A stretch of 63,520 nt of DNA, the filler included, from Parasitella parasitica NRRL 2501 (lineage: Eukaryota > Fungi > Mucoromycota), in NCBI GenBank assembly GCA_025201805.1. It is 4 parts of 4 records of this genome, joined end to end, with 100 filler letters (N's around TTAATTAATTAA, not from the genome) between each part and the next. Parts side by side here need not be neighbours in the genome. Positions count along the whole stretch, not along the records: positions 19,447 to 40,021 come from MU619424.1; positions 40,122 to 61,733 come from MU619433.1; 2 more parts are not named here. One strand, written 5' to 3'. The position numbers and the translations under genes were made by a program. Below are positions 35,171 through 48,051 of this stretch, piece by piece. The stretch's first letter is position 1. Each line of letters starts with the position of its first letter. The notes under the pieces were generated by a model. It was not told where the DNA came from. It saw only the letters and a list, made by a program, of their open reading frames with translations, and searched no databases.

Positions 35171-38100
35171 TTAGAAATACTGTAAAGAGGCTATTAATAC
35201 ATGTTAAAGTCAGCATCAAATAATTACTTACCAGACTTGCGGCAAAGACGATATCACGCTTGATGTCTTGCTCTGCCTGTTCCATTTTTTTGTATAAACT
35301 CGTATCGCCAACCATACGGGCAGCGCCCATCACTTCACGACAAGTTTCGTCCAATCTGCTGATACATCTGACAATCGATCCCTCCAGAACGTCTGTTAGA
35401 TCCGTAATGTGTTTAAATGGCTATAGAGATGATGCATTAATAAGGCGGCATGTGTATATTCACAATAAGCTCCTACCAGTCCTCTGGCCCATTCATACAC
35501 GACTTCAACGAGACCAAATTTGAGACTATTGGCGTAATCTTCCACTGAAATAGCAAGGCCGCAATCAACTTGAAGCTGGGCAATCTTGCGGGCATACGTC
35601 AAAACAATTTCTTTCCCCTTTGTTAGTTTAGGCGTAAGTCGAGGCTCACTGGCGTTGCGTTCCTGGAATACAAAACACGACAAAATGGCCACGACCTCTG
35701 CAGGCTCGAAATCAGCAAACACATTATCCAAAACTAATTCTGTGAGCAAAAGCTCGTCAGCAGAATTGACTTCGCAGGCAACTCTCCCCTTTAGTTGCAC
35801 GGTGCCCTGATCATCAATGTAGTTTAGATGACGGAGCACTTGAATGCGTTGGTGATAATCAGGCAGCAATTCCAAATTTTGATCGGATATCGTCATTTTA
35901 AGCATATCAATTTGGCTGGAAAGTCGCTTGTGATCGTGGATAAGGCCGTAATGTTCATCCAATTCAGGACACTTTGTACATTGGAATTCGGTGCGAAGTC
36001 GTTTCATGAGGCTGATCTTGGAGCGCAACATTTCCTGGAATTCCATGTCCTTAATCTTGCTCCAGTCAAACTCAACTAGGCCGCTCTTTTTGGCATCTTG
36101 GCCAAAGAATTCAAGTTCTTGACAGACACGGGTTGTCTCCAGAGAATCACTGCCTGCCATGATTGAATCAACGTCAGTTTTGATGGCTGAGCGAGTTATA
36201 AAGAGAATGTCAGGAGCACCGACAGTAACAATTTCAGTTTTACCGTTGCCGTTTTCAGGCGTGCAGATGGTGGTAATTGGCAATGGGGCTGTTTCGTCTA
36301 AATTCGTTGATTGTAGATCTTTGGGCTGAAGCACTAGACAGTAGAACGAGCGGTGCTGTGAGTTTGCTGCACTGACAGGCAGTGGCTTCAGTATCATAGC
36401 TGGCGCATTTCTGTACACATTTGTATTGATGATCACTAGACGTCCAGTCGACAATGCTCGGTTGCCAACAGGAGTCATGCTGATGAACTGGGTCATCATG
36501 AGGCGATTCAAGTGCACTACCTCTCCACAAACGTCGTAAAAAGTTTCTAGATCAGGCTCACAGATGGCGCAGTCCAGCTGGCGAAGTGCATTACGCTTCT
36601 GTTCGCTTTCGTCAACCAATCTCTTTGTCTCTGGAAGTAATTTCTGTGCGCTGTTTTCAGAGAAGCTACGCTTGATCATCTCTTCCACCTTGAGCGCTTC
36701 GACACGTAATAGGTTCAAAATCATATTGTACGTCAGTCTGAACTGAGATTCCAGCTTTGTAGGCTTGCCCAGAAGCATGGTGGACAGGCATGATATTTCA
36801 GGTGGTTCGTCGCCTCCTGTGGCTATAACCACTACACCTGTGCTATCGAGGCCGCGACGACCAGCACGGCCAGACATTTGAGTGTATTCGCCGGGCAGTA
36901 AATCGCGGAAATTACGGCCATCGTGTTTGCGGATGCCTGAAAATACTACGCAACGAGCAGGCATATTGACGCCCATGGCAAAAGTTTCTGTGGCAAACAG
37001 GACCTTGACGAGGCCTCGAGCAAACAGGATTTCAACAATTTCCTTGATGATAGGCAAGAGGCCACCGTGATGAACAGCAATGCCGCGGCTCAAAAGATCG
37101 CGCATTCTGAGGATTTGAGGCAAAAACTTGTCTGTTCCTCGAAGTCTGACCAGGCTGCGTTCAATAAAGACATGGATTTCGCTCTTTTCGAGGCTGGTGC
37201 ACAGATCTGTCTTGGACAATCCACTGGCATACTCTTCGCATCGCTTCTTTGAAAAGGTAAAGATGACGACAGGCAGAAGCGTCTTGGTCTTTAACATGCC
37301 AATCAGATGAACAAACAGATTGCGATCCTAATCCGAACATGAGTACGTTGTGCTCTGTAAAAAAAAAAAAGTTGGATACTTACTGTCTGCACGCCAGACT
37401 GGTAGCTTCGAGTCATAGTTCTCGGCCCGCCTCCACCGACACCACCGCCACGACCTCCCCCGCGGCCACCACGAACATTTGCTGATACACCGTTCGCTTT
37501 GTCAACTTGCTCCTTACGCTTCATCATGGCATCTTTAGCCTTGTTGTATCCTGTCGTATTTAACTTGGTTTCGTTTGCACCAACAATCTTGTAAATGTCC
37601 TTGTTTGCGTAAATGTAATGCTCTAGCGGAACAGGTCTTTTCAGCGTACTGATGACATAAATGTCCTTCTTTTTAGTGCGGCTATGTATATAGGAGATTC
37701 GTGTTAGTATTCAGAGCCATCAATCTGTCTCTGCAACGTCCTTATTTACCCGACCCAGCCAGCAAACTCTTTTGTATTCGGAACAGTAGCAGACAGCAAA
37801 ATGATATTTACGTGTGCAGGAAGCATAATGATAACTTCTTCCCATACAACACCTCTTTCTAGATCGTTTACGTAGTGCACTTCATCAAAAATAACAAATT
37901 CGACATCACGAATAAGATCTGCCCCTCTATAGAGCATGCTACGCAAAATCTCGGTAGTCATAACCAGGCAGCTTGCGTCGGGGCGAATTTGCACATCGCC
38001 AGTCAGAATACCCACATCTTCTCCAAACGTGTGCTTAAAGTCCCGGAATTTCTGGTTGCTGAGTGCTTTGATAGGCGATGTATAGATAGCTTTGGTCATA

Positions 38101-38458
38101 TGCTTTGTTGCTAGAGCAATAGCATAGTCGGCTACGACTGTTTTGCCGGCTGAGGTGTGTGCCGCTATAAATACTGAATCTCCAATTTCCAGGTGGTAGA
38201 CCGCCTGTTTTTGAAAAATGTCCAATTCGAATGGAAACTTCATGGCCATCTCTGGGACCAAATCATAAAAGTTATCAAAAGGTTCATTAACGTTAATTTC
38301 GTGAGCCCATTCGCGACGTTTGAGAGCTTCGTTGTTGGCTGCAGTCAGCTTTTTAGGAGCAAGGTCCTTTTGGGGGGGCAATGTGTTGGGAAGCAAATCA
38401 TCCACTTCTTGTTGAGCACCTGCAACATATATGCAATAGATTTAGTTTACGCTTTCAA

Positions 38459-38500
<42 letters not shown>

Positions 38501-39398
38501 CTTGACTATCGCTATTCATAGTTAAATCCTCTGCAACTTGATCTACAGGCGCTACTTTAGCACTCAAAAAGTCAAAAGTAGCGTCGACCGGCGCCATCAT
38601 ATCTTCAACGTTAAACACAGAGCTTTTTTTAGCAATAGTGTCTGTGTCATGGCAATCATCCTCAAATGCCAAGCCTCTATCTAATCCAGGCGCAAGCATG
38701 TTTGAATCTCTACCGCCAAAGTCGAAAAAGTCCACATCCACGTCCACGTCCACGTCCAAGTCTACAGTGTCATCCACAGATTGATCCACAGCAACTTGGG
38801 CATCCAAGCCTCCTGGCGCAAATGGGAACTGAGAAGCTGATCCTCGAACAAAATCTTTGGTCGAGCCAAAGGCCCTTGCAAAACTAGTAGAGTTGTTCGA
38901 TGCCAGATTGGGATCATCGATGACCACTTCCCTGAAACCAATAATGTCTCCATCAAACCCCTTTCGTGCTACTTGGATATTTGTCCTTGGCTTGGATAGC
39001 TGAGAATATGCATGTTCGGCATAATTTGGTGTTTCCTCCCAATGCCTATTGCAAAGATACACGTTATTTCCACAGGTTTGTGAGTCTTGACGGCAGACAA
39101 ACTTACTCTTGACATTTGCTCAGCCAAGACGATGGAAAGCTTTTTTGGGGGGTAAGAAACATTTGCTCCAGTTCATTCTTGATATTTGTCACTGTTGCTT
39201 CAACTACTGGTGGAAGCTGGAACACAATCGCTCAGCTTTTGACATGAATGATGCTTGATTTTATCATACCTGATTTTTCGTGCTTCTTAGCCGAGAAAAT
39301 ACCTCCTCCAAGGCCTCAACGCCAACTAGAAATAATTAACGTGTCAACAAGAAAGACGCATGATATGTTTGTCATGGTAACTCACTCTTCTCGTCCAT
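35171..39398 (-). CDS. SKI2: Ski2 DExH RNA helicase (cytoplasmic exosome cofactor), multi-exon
   Basis: [48 protein letters not shown], and DSHCT ending RDIVFAASL|YF*. The N-terminal Ski2-specific region SKDFVRG..FPFAPGG distinguishes it from Mtr4. Confidence 0.93.
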
Positions 39399-39599
39399 AT
39401 TGTCTAGAGAAGTTGAAAAAGTTGTTTTTGCTTGACTTTTCACGCTCAACACTTGCTACTACCACTACAGTACCATTTCAGTGCCCGCAAGGTTCAATGC
39501 GTTATTACGGTCATATCTGTAAAATGTGTCGGTAGTTGAAAAAAAAGTTGTCGGTTACTATAAATATAAATGTCGATTACTAAAAAAGCAATAGTCTAT

Positions 39600-39860
39600 A
39601 TTGACCTGACTTGGCCAAAATACAGTTTTTCTACTTTAAATTCAGACGATGTTAATTTTTTTCTGGACGAATTGAAATTCATATTTAGACAAAAAGCTTA
39701 CCTATTTTGGAAAACAAAATAATTATTTTCAGATAAAAAAGAAACTATTTTAGACGAATCAGAGTTAATTATTGGACCATTATCTTACCTATTGTGGAAA
39801 AAGTAAAAATTGTTTTCAGATAAAAAGGAAATTAGTTTGGACAAATCAAAAGCTAATTTC
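39600..39860 (+). repeat. TE subterminal-repeat remnant
   Basis: Repeated (tt)cagacga/ggacgaa/ttcagata motifs resembling the TIR motifs of the Tc1 element at 61835-63520. Confidence 0.4.
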
Positions 39861-40021
39861 TTTATATCAATGGATATTTTCATCAATAATCATTGTAAAT
39901 TATTAGAATTAATTCGTGGATTATCTGAAGCAAAATTAGTAAATATTCATATGCTGTTTCATACGTGCTCCAACTAATAGTTGGATCCAAACTCTATTCT
40001 ACTGTTGAGATAGATATATTA

Positions 40022-40121
40022 NNNNNNNNNNNNNNNNNNNNNNNNNNNNNNNNNNNNNNNNNNNNTTAATTAATTAANNNNNNNNNNNNNNNNNNNNNNN
40101 NNNNNNNNNNNNNNNNNNNNN
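40022..40121. other. Artificial scaffold linker
   Basis: N-TTAATTAATTAA-N. Confidence 0.95.
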
Positions 40122-43100
40122 CAGTACTGGAGCTGATGGATTCCAACCACCTGCTGCCCCTGTTGGATACACTTGCATTTACTTGCCAATTAATCGCAAG
40201 ACCAAACATACAGAATTGCGAGAAAAATTGAGAATTCTCAAGATCAATCTCAACAGAATCTACGCTATCCAGCGTCCCGCCAAAAACATTGTATCCCTTT
40301 TGGTACACACTGGATATGCACAAGAAATTCTGAATATCTGTGCTACAGAGGGTATTCACCCTATCACTGACTTCAATCCTATTGCTGGTACAAATTTAGG
40401 TGATCCCAAGCTGCTTGAATCACTTAATGAGCTACAGCTCAACGATAAAGCTAAGGCTATCTACTACAACCGTATGTTACAAGCTGCAGCTCAACTCCGT
40501 GATCCTCGCCTCGGTCTTACTATTCTTAAATATTTCAATACTAAAGATAGCACTGATAGCCATGCAATCCCTGATGTAATTGTTGAGCAATTCCTCAAAC
40601 TGAAGCCAACTGCTGTTCGCAAGATCAAAGGGGCAAATACAGTCAACACTCTTCTCAAAGGCTTTGATGCTACTAAGCTCTTTGATTCCTTGTTGCAGCC
40701 GGCTACAACCTCTTCTACTGATGCCTCTCATTTGACCATACCTGACTCTGAAACGAATGTCTTTCCAGGAAACGCCGGGATCAGACCTATGGATACAAAT
40801 TAATGATTATGATAGACTCATCACAATCTATCAATCTTGCAATGCTTAACGTTTCTGGTATTTCCACCTCTCTTGATTTGGTTATACAATATCTAGAAAC
40901 GCACAATATCGACATCTTACTATTAAAGGAAACCTTTCTACTGAAGGGGGATTTATTTACAAATTGGACTCAACATCATCAGTATGCTACTGTCACAGGT
41001 GATGCATATAAAGGCAAAGGCGGTTTGACTTTTCTTGTTAGACCTAATTTCCCATATTATGTTCACCGCATTACTGACTCCACCACAAACCAACACACCA
41101 AACTGAGTATTGTCATTGGTAACACACTTACAATCCACGGTTTCTATCTACCCCCAACATTGCCTATTACAAACTATCAGAATGTTCTAAGCAGTGTTGA
41201 CTTTAATACAACATCATCAGTCATATGCCTGGGAGACTTCAACACTCGACTTGGTACCTATACTGGTGATACTCGATCAACTAGTCATCGTAGCAATTAC
41301 CTCCTTAATTGGCTTACTATTCATCAAGTTAATTTATGGAACCGTATCTGCACATTTGGCCAACCTACTTTTGAAAACAATCGAGGTACTAGCATTATTG
41401 ATTTTGCGGTGTCACCACGCAGCATCTTCTCGGATAATCCTGTACTATCTATAGAAAGCGATTTGAACCTCAATTCAGATCATCATCTAGTGCAGTTCTC
41501 GTTTAAACTTCAACACCAACCTCAGCTACTGTCTCCTACATTGACTCATACACGCCGATTGTGGAACTTGCAACGCTTGAACGAGAAGGAAATTTACGAC
41601 TTATACCGTAAAACCTTTTATAGCAATATATTCAGTTTGCATCAAGAAGTTAAGCACTTTTTGGCACAGCAACAAGCTCTATTCCCAAATGGTTTTCCAA
41701 CAACTGCTGCTGAATTGAACCAGCAGGCGAAAGCTGTAGAGATCAATAACCGCATCAACTCGGCTAATGACTTACATTTTGAGGTTACAGAGTCCCCAAA
41801 GGACTTTATCAACCGCATTGGCAGCGAAATGATTCAGTCAATACAAAATGCCCTCAGTAACTCAATAACCACCAAAATAGCTAGACCTAAATCGTGGAAA
41901 TTCTTCTGGGATCATGCGTTACAGGCACTTGCAGATCAGAGGCAGCAATGTTATACTGCATGGAAACATGTCAAATCAACAAACAGAGGCTCACTAGACA
42001 GTATCTCACACAACTGGGACTTGTATCAAAAATCTTGTATCCAACTCAAAAGTGCTATCAAGGCTGCTAAAAGAAAACACTGGAAAAATTTTTGTAATGA
42101 AATGAATGAATCCTCTCCAAATCAGGTGTATTCAGTTCTAAAACGTTTAAGAAAGAAACACTCTACTAATCATCGTTTTTCTCATAGTGAAGGACCTGAA
42201 ATGGCTGCGAATGTAATGGCAGATTATTTAAGACAAATTTATGGTGGAGATCAACTGGATATTTCAGCTTGGCGAGCTAGTAGAACACCTCTTCACAATC
42301 AGTTCAAACCGCCAACTTTCTTTACACCAAGATCAATCAAACATCAGCTTTCAACATTAGGCAACCGAAAGGCTCCTGGAGATGACCATTTGGTTAAAGA
42401 AATGCTAATGCCTGTATGGTATCCTCTATGCAATTTTCTTTCTGACTTTTTCACCCTTTGTTATTCTTTTGCGTGGACACCAATATCTTTTCGTTCTGGA
42501 TTAATTGTACCGATTTTCAAGAAGGGCGATCCCAATGAAGCTGTTAACTACAGGCCCATCTGCGTGACCAACACTTTTCGAAAACTGTACGAACGTTGTC
42601 TGAAGTTCTGTTTACTTGAATACATGCCTGCTCTTGACGTTGCTCAAGGTGGCTTCCGCTCTGCCCGCAGTTGCACGAGTCAAGCTTGGAATCTTTTAGC
42701 ATTGCAAAAACAGTTCGAACAACAACATGGAGATCCGCCAGCTCTGATTTTTATGGACATCAGTAAAGCGTATGATAGCTGTACTCGTGCTCGTATATGG
42801 TCCCTCTTACATCCTCATCTACCCAAGGCTCTGTTTTACACTATTCGACACTTGTTTGATCATATCTCACTCAATGCAGTTCTGAATAATGCCTCATCTC
42901 GGCCAATTCACCCAAAACGCGGGCTTCTACAGGGTTCTATTTTGTCTCCTTTCTTATATGCTGTTTTCATCAATCAACTGCCAGCTTTGTTACGTACAGC
43001 TCCAGTTCGATTCCCGTTACATGTGGATATCGCTGTTCGAGCTCGTAACTCTGCTGGTGATGACTCTGCTACCAATGTCCCTGCTGAAGCACCAACGCTT

Positions 43101-44110
43101 GATTACATAAAGTATGGTGAAGGCTCTAATCTTTCGGAAGCAGCCAGTAGCGCTGCTCTCTCGCCTCTCGGTGTAATCCGTCAACAAACAGCTATACACT
43201 GTTTATTATATGCTGATAATGTTTGCCTGATTGCTCATCGCCGTGACATGCCTCTGTTGGTTCGACTTTGTGAGGAATACTCTTTACAATTTGATTTTCA
43301 TTGGAGCCCCACTATATGCGCACTGGTTAATTATCATTCAATACGGCGACCTATTAAGCTCTATGGGATTGATGTTCCAATGATGTCTTCATATGAATAC
43401 CTCGGTATCCCGTTTAATGCATCTGGTATTGATACAGCCGCTCTTCTGAATAATAGCACTAAAAAAGCTCGCTCAACTATGTCTCTGTTTCGGCGCCTTG
43501 GTGTTCATCAATATGGCTTTGGCCTAATGCTGTCACTGAAGGTGTATCGTGTATTTGTTCGTCCTGTTATGGAATATGCTCTTGCTCTTCTTGGTCTGAA
43601 TGCTACTTCTGCTACGCTTCTCGACAAGACTCAGGTTACTTGCCTAAACATGACACTCAACAGGTCTGCTAATCACAATGCTCCTTCTATGGTACTGAAT
43701 ATGATGGCAAATCTTCCTACCATGTATACCCGTGCTCAGATATTGACGTTCAAATTTTGGTATTCTCTCCAAATGTATGCATGTCCTTTTACTCTGATAT
43801 CTGGTATACTGTTCACACATCAACGATTAAAGATAGCTCCTGCTCTTTGGCGACGCCTCAGCTCGAACAAACTTTGGAAAAAGTACAAAGCATCTCCAAC
43901 ACCCACCAACGCGCGTGTTATATGCGAAGATTTTCAAGAGACGCAAATTGAAAAATGGACAAATCAAAAATCCTCATGTAAACGGGCTCTTAGAGTTGAT
44001 ACTTCTGGCTATGATCCTCTACTTTACTATCCATGCTCTCGTTTAGAAAGACTAAGACTAGTCAAATGGCGTCTTCACCATCTCCCTGGTTTTCCTCTTT
44101 CTTCTTGCAG
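40122..44110 (+). mobile_element. Non-LTR retrotransposon (LINE): ORF1 3' part + near-complete ORF2
   Basis: ORF1 ends at 40803 and overlaps the ORF2 start (TAATG). ORF2 carries an APE endonuclease and an RT. Both ends are cut by gaps. Confidence 0.93.
40803..44110 (+). CDS. LINE ORF2 endonuclease/reverse transcriptase (RT motif YADN)
   Basis: EN motifs MLNV, LKETF, LGDFN, SIIDF, NSDHH. RT motifs KAPGDD, PIFKKG, NYRPI, QGGFR, MDISKAYD, GLLQGSILSP, LYADNV, YEYLGIP. Confidence 0.9.
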
Positions 44111-44283
44111 NNNNNNNNNNAATTGACTATGCGTGACATTTGAGTCTTATTTTTTTTAGTTACTTGCTTTTAGTTATACCATTCCATTGCACGATCAAAG
44201 GTTAATTTTCCTCTGCTTAAATTTGTCATTACTGACAAAACAATCAATACACCGACAAATTCGTCAATAATGATCAAGATTTA

Positions 44284-46040
44284 TCATTTTTTTTCGCCAT
44301 GGTGGGTGTTGAGGTCAACTAATGAGCTAATGAACAAACACGTCGATGCAGGGTTTCTTTTTTGTTGTAAGAGTTGGAACACTTCTCTCCAAGAACCTTC
44401 GTCACCCATCATCCGATGATAAATCGACGAAAAAAGAAAAGAAAGAACAACACAAAAGGACAAGAATGATAGAGAAGCCGTAGTGTTTGGCGGAAGGGAG
44501 CGTCGTCTGACCAATACATCCAGACCTCTGGCTCTGAGAGACGTAAAACTAAACAGTGCCGAAGTTTCGAACCATCTGATAGATTTGTACAATCTGAGCC
44601 TTCAACGTAGAAATTAATTAGTATACCAGAAAAAAATGAGTTGACAAGATACTCACTTCATTTGAGGTTCTGAAGTTTTGGCGTATAAACGACCAGCATT
44701 CTGCGAGTTTATTCTAAACTCTGCACGAGCCCCGTAGGTTGGCGCATCATTAGCCATGCAGCCAGAGTCAGTGATAAGGTTTTCCTAATAACAAACACAT
44801 ATGAATACACTGAATAATGTGAATCCAAGAAAAACTATACGTACAAACCAGTTAGAGTAGACCTTTCCATGACTAACACGAGAATCAAAGATGTCAGTTG
44901 GCTTGATGTCCTTTCCTTGCCTGTTTGATTTGAGATTTCTATTAAAAAAGGCATGCTTCCAGTCACCGTAAAATTGAACAGATTTTATATTATATGGTTC
45001 ATGGGAATCGCCACTGTGTTTGAAACCGCCTAACCCTTCAAAGTGGCAAAAGTCATCCTGGCGGTAGCTACCTCTGAACTTATTTTGAATGTTAGGCTTG
45101 AAAAACAAGCGACGCACGTAACTGAAATCGGACCAAAGACCAGTTAATCCAGTAGAGGTAGTTGGTGTTGATGGCAGGAAAGTGAAGCCAATGTCGACAG
45201 TCAGGTTTTCAATAGTGATACTGCCGGTATCCAGGTTTTGGTTATTTAGCGCTTCACAGATGGTTTCCTCGATAGAAGCAGTTGGAGGCATCACATATTT
45301 CATGCCGTGCGTGTAAATGACAAAGAAAAAATCTTCAAACAGAAAGTAACCATCTGATCTTTCTTGTTCCTGGTGTCCAGCGGAGCTAAAATCGTCCAAG
45401 ATAGTTGCCATGTGAGAGATTATTGCATTAATTTGGCTTGATGTAAATTTTCCATCTGATTTCCCAACACCAGCGCGAGCAGCATTATCATAATTCAAGG
45501 AAATAGGGTGCGCTTGTATTGCATCTCCACAAACATGCTTAATTGATGGCACCAAAACATTGTTGACAAAAATGCGATGATGCATTTGTTCTATATTGGT
45601 ATTTTTCAAACCAAGATTTGAAAATGTTGTACCCGGAGAGTCTGAGCTGATTGCAACATTTGGATCTCTGCTGTTTGAGCGATTTTGGCGGTAATAATTT
45701 TTGAGGCGAGGAAAACAAATGTTGATCTATTTAAAATCAGTATCGTAAAATAGTATCAAAAATATTTACTCACATTGCAATCCCCATAGTCGGCAAACAT
45801 CATGTTTGGATACGTAGATAATTCAGCTGCTGTCAAATTTGGAGGAGATGCAGACACTTTGGTGTTGTGGCGAATAGTGTAATTGTGCTGCGGACGCAAG
45901 TATATGTTCCACGTCTTGCACTCTTGTAGGGGCAAAGGGTCTGGGCCATAACAACACAAGTAGTAAGAATCGATATCTGTTACCATTTTGACTTGTGGAT
46001 TTGATCCGGATATTTGCGCGAGTGAAGAAGTGTTATTCAC
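44284..46040 (-). CDS. Hypothetical multi-exon protein of unknown family
   Basis: ORFs 46040-45774, 45726-44845, 44784-~44657 and ~44600-44284 are joined in frame by canonical GT-AG introns. Motifs VTDIDSYY, INICFPRL, QFYGDWKH, GARAEFRI. The start is uncertain. Confidence 0.6.
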
Positions 46041-46151
46041 AGCTAGCAGCGTTCTTTCATTCCCTCCTCAAATGAAAGTATTCACAAGGTAGGAATCACG
46101 CTCAACATTTCCCTTGTATTGAAAGTTGCTCCTATCATGCTCATTCATCAG

Positions 46152-46228
46152 TGTTGGATCAAAAAGATAATAAAAAAACCAAAGGTTAACGAGATACGAA
46201 AACTAAAGATACTTTATTTAAGATCGAA
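46152..46228. repeat. LTR-like repeat start running into gap (copy of 17375 repeat)
   Basis: tgttgga.caaaaagataataaaaa.accaaa.g.taacgagatacgaaaact matches 17375-17450. Confidence 0.6.
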
Positions 46229-47399
46229 NNNNNNNNNNNNNNNNNNNNNNNNNNNNNNNNNNNNNNNNNNNNNNNNNNNNNNNNNNNNNNNNNNNNNNNN
46301 NNNNNNNNNNNNNNNNNNNNNNNNNNNNNNNNNNNNNNNNNNNNNNNNNNNNNNNNNNNNNNNNNNNNNNNNNNNNNNNNNNNNNNNNNNNNNNNNNNNN
46401 NNNNNNNNNNNNNNNNNNNNNNNNNNNNNNNNNNNNNNNNNNNNNNNNNNNNNNNNNNNNNNNNNNNNNNNNNNNNNNNNNNNNNNNNNNNNNNNNNNNN
46501 NNNNNNNNNNNNNNNNNNNNNNNNNNNNNNNNNNNNNNNNNNNNNNNNNNNNNNNNNNNNNNNNNNNNNNNNNNNNNNNNNNNNNNNNNNNNNNNNNNNN
46601 NNNNNNNNNNNNNNNNNNNNNNNNNNNNNNNNNNNNNNNNNNNNNNNNNNNNNNNNNNNNNNNNNNNNNNNNNNNNNNNNNNNNNNNNNNNNNNNNNNNN
46701 NNNNNNNNNNNNNNNNNNNNNNNNNNNNNNNNNNNNNNNNNNNNNNNNNNNNNNNNNNNNNNNNNNNNNNNNNNNNNNNNNNNNNNNNNNNNNNNNNNNN
46801 NNNNNNNNNNNNNNNNNNNNNNNNNNNNNNNNNNNNNNNNNNNNNNNNNNNNNNNNNNNNNNNNNNNNNNNNNNNNNNNNNNNNNNNNNNNNNNNNNNNN
46901 NNNNNNNNNNNNNNNNNNNNNNNNNNNNNNNNNNNNNNNNNNNNNNNNNNNNNNNNNNNNNNNNNNNNNNNNNNNNNNNNNNNNNNNNNNNNNNNNNNNN
47001 NNNNNNNNNNNNNNNNNNNNNNNNNNNNNNNNNNNNNNNNNNNNNNNNNNNNNNNNNNNNNNNNNNNNNNNNNNNNNGTCTAACACATTCTGTAGTCTAT
47101 AGTAGGGAACTTTACTCTCTGTTTAACTCGATGTCTGGTTGTGCTATTTACAACTTTTACGTTTGTGATCTTTGTATCATCTGATGCGTCAAGTTTCTTC
47201 TCGTATCACACAAATTTTATTCTATTTCGATTTTTGATCTACTCATCCTAATCCTTTTCTGACACTTTATTCCTGCTTCAATTTTTCACTCTCTACGAGT
47301 GTTTTTTCATTGATCCAACTTTACTTTTTTTTAATTCTGGGATGGCCATTGTAGTGCCCTTTTGGGACAAAGCCTTAATATCCTTTTTACAATAAAATA

Positions 47400-48051
47400 T
47401 AACAGTTAAACTATACTACCGAAGATCACATCACGAACTTGCTATCTCAAAAAATTACAACAACGCAACCCTATATGGCAGCAGTTAATCTCTCCCCTCA
47501 CCATCACCAGCACAACACGCCAAATTTATATTCAACACGCTGATCTCAAACAACAAACATTTCAGTACCTTTTAGATCAATGGCATTCAACACAATCCCA
47601 GTTTGTACATGCAGGTCATTGTCGCACTACCCTCGGCATTGATCAAATTATGTATTTGCCAATGACAGTGCACGAACGGAGCCGCCTCAGTCGTTGGCGA
47701 ATAGGCTGGCTACCCGGAAAGCCACAAGCTTGCCGTAATTGCAACCAGGTCAACACCCTCACCACACAACTACATGTAATTCAATGTTTCCAAATTTGCG
47801 AAAATATTGATATGGACATCCACTCCTTTTTGAATACACTACCAAAATATCCACCTAGCTCAATAACAGAAAAATTTTACTGGACCACTCGATGGACAGT
47901 TTTACAACAATTCCTGTTCAATCTCGAAACCATTTGCCTGCCACCAGATGAGCCCATTAACCCAGCATCATACACAGATCAATCACCTTTTGTTGCTTGG
48001 ATTAACGGCTCTCCTAGACTCACTACACCTTTTGCTCTTACATTATCTTGA
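47400..48051 (+). pseudogene. 5'-truncated LINE ORF2 C-terminal fragment
   Basis: MYLPMTVHERSRLSRWRIGWLPGKPQACRNC...HVIQC is a CCHC-like LINE C-terminus. It aligns with the tail of the 40803 ORF2 (LLYYPCSRLERLRLVKWRLHHLPG). Confidence 0.75.
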
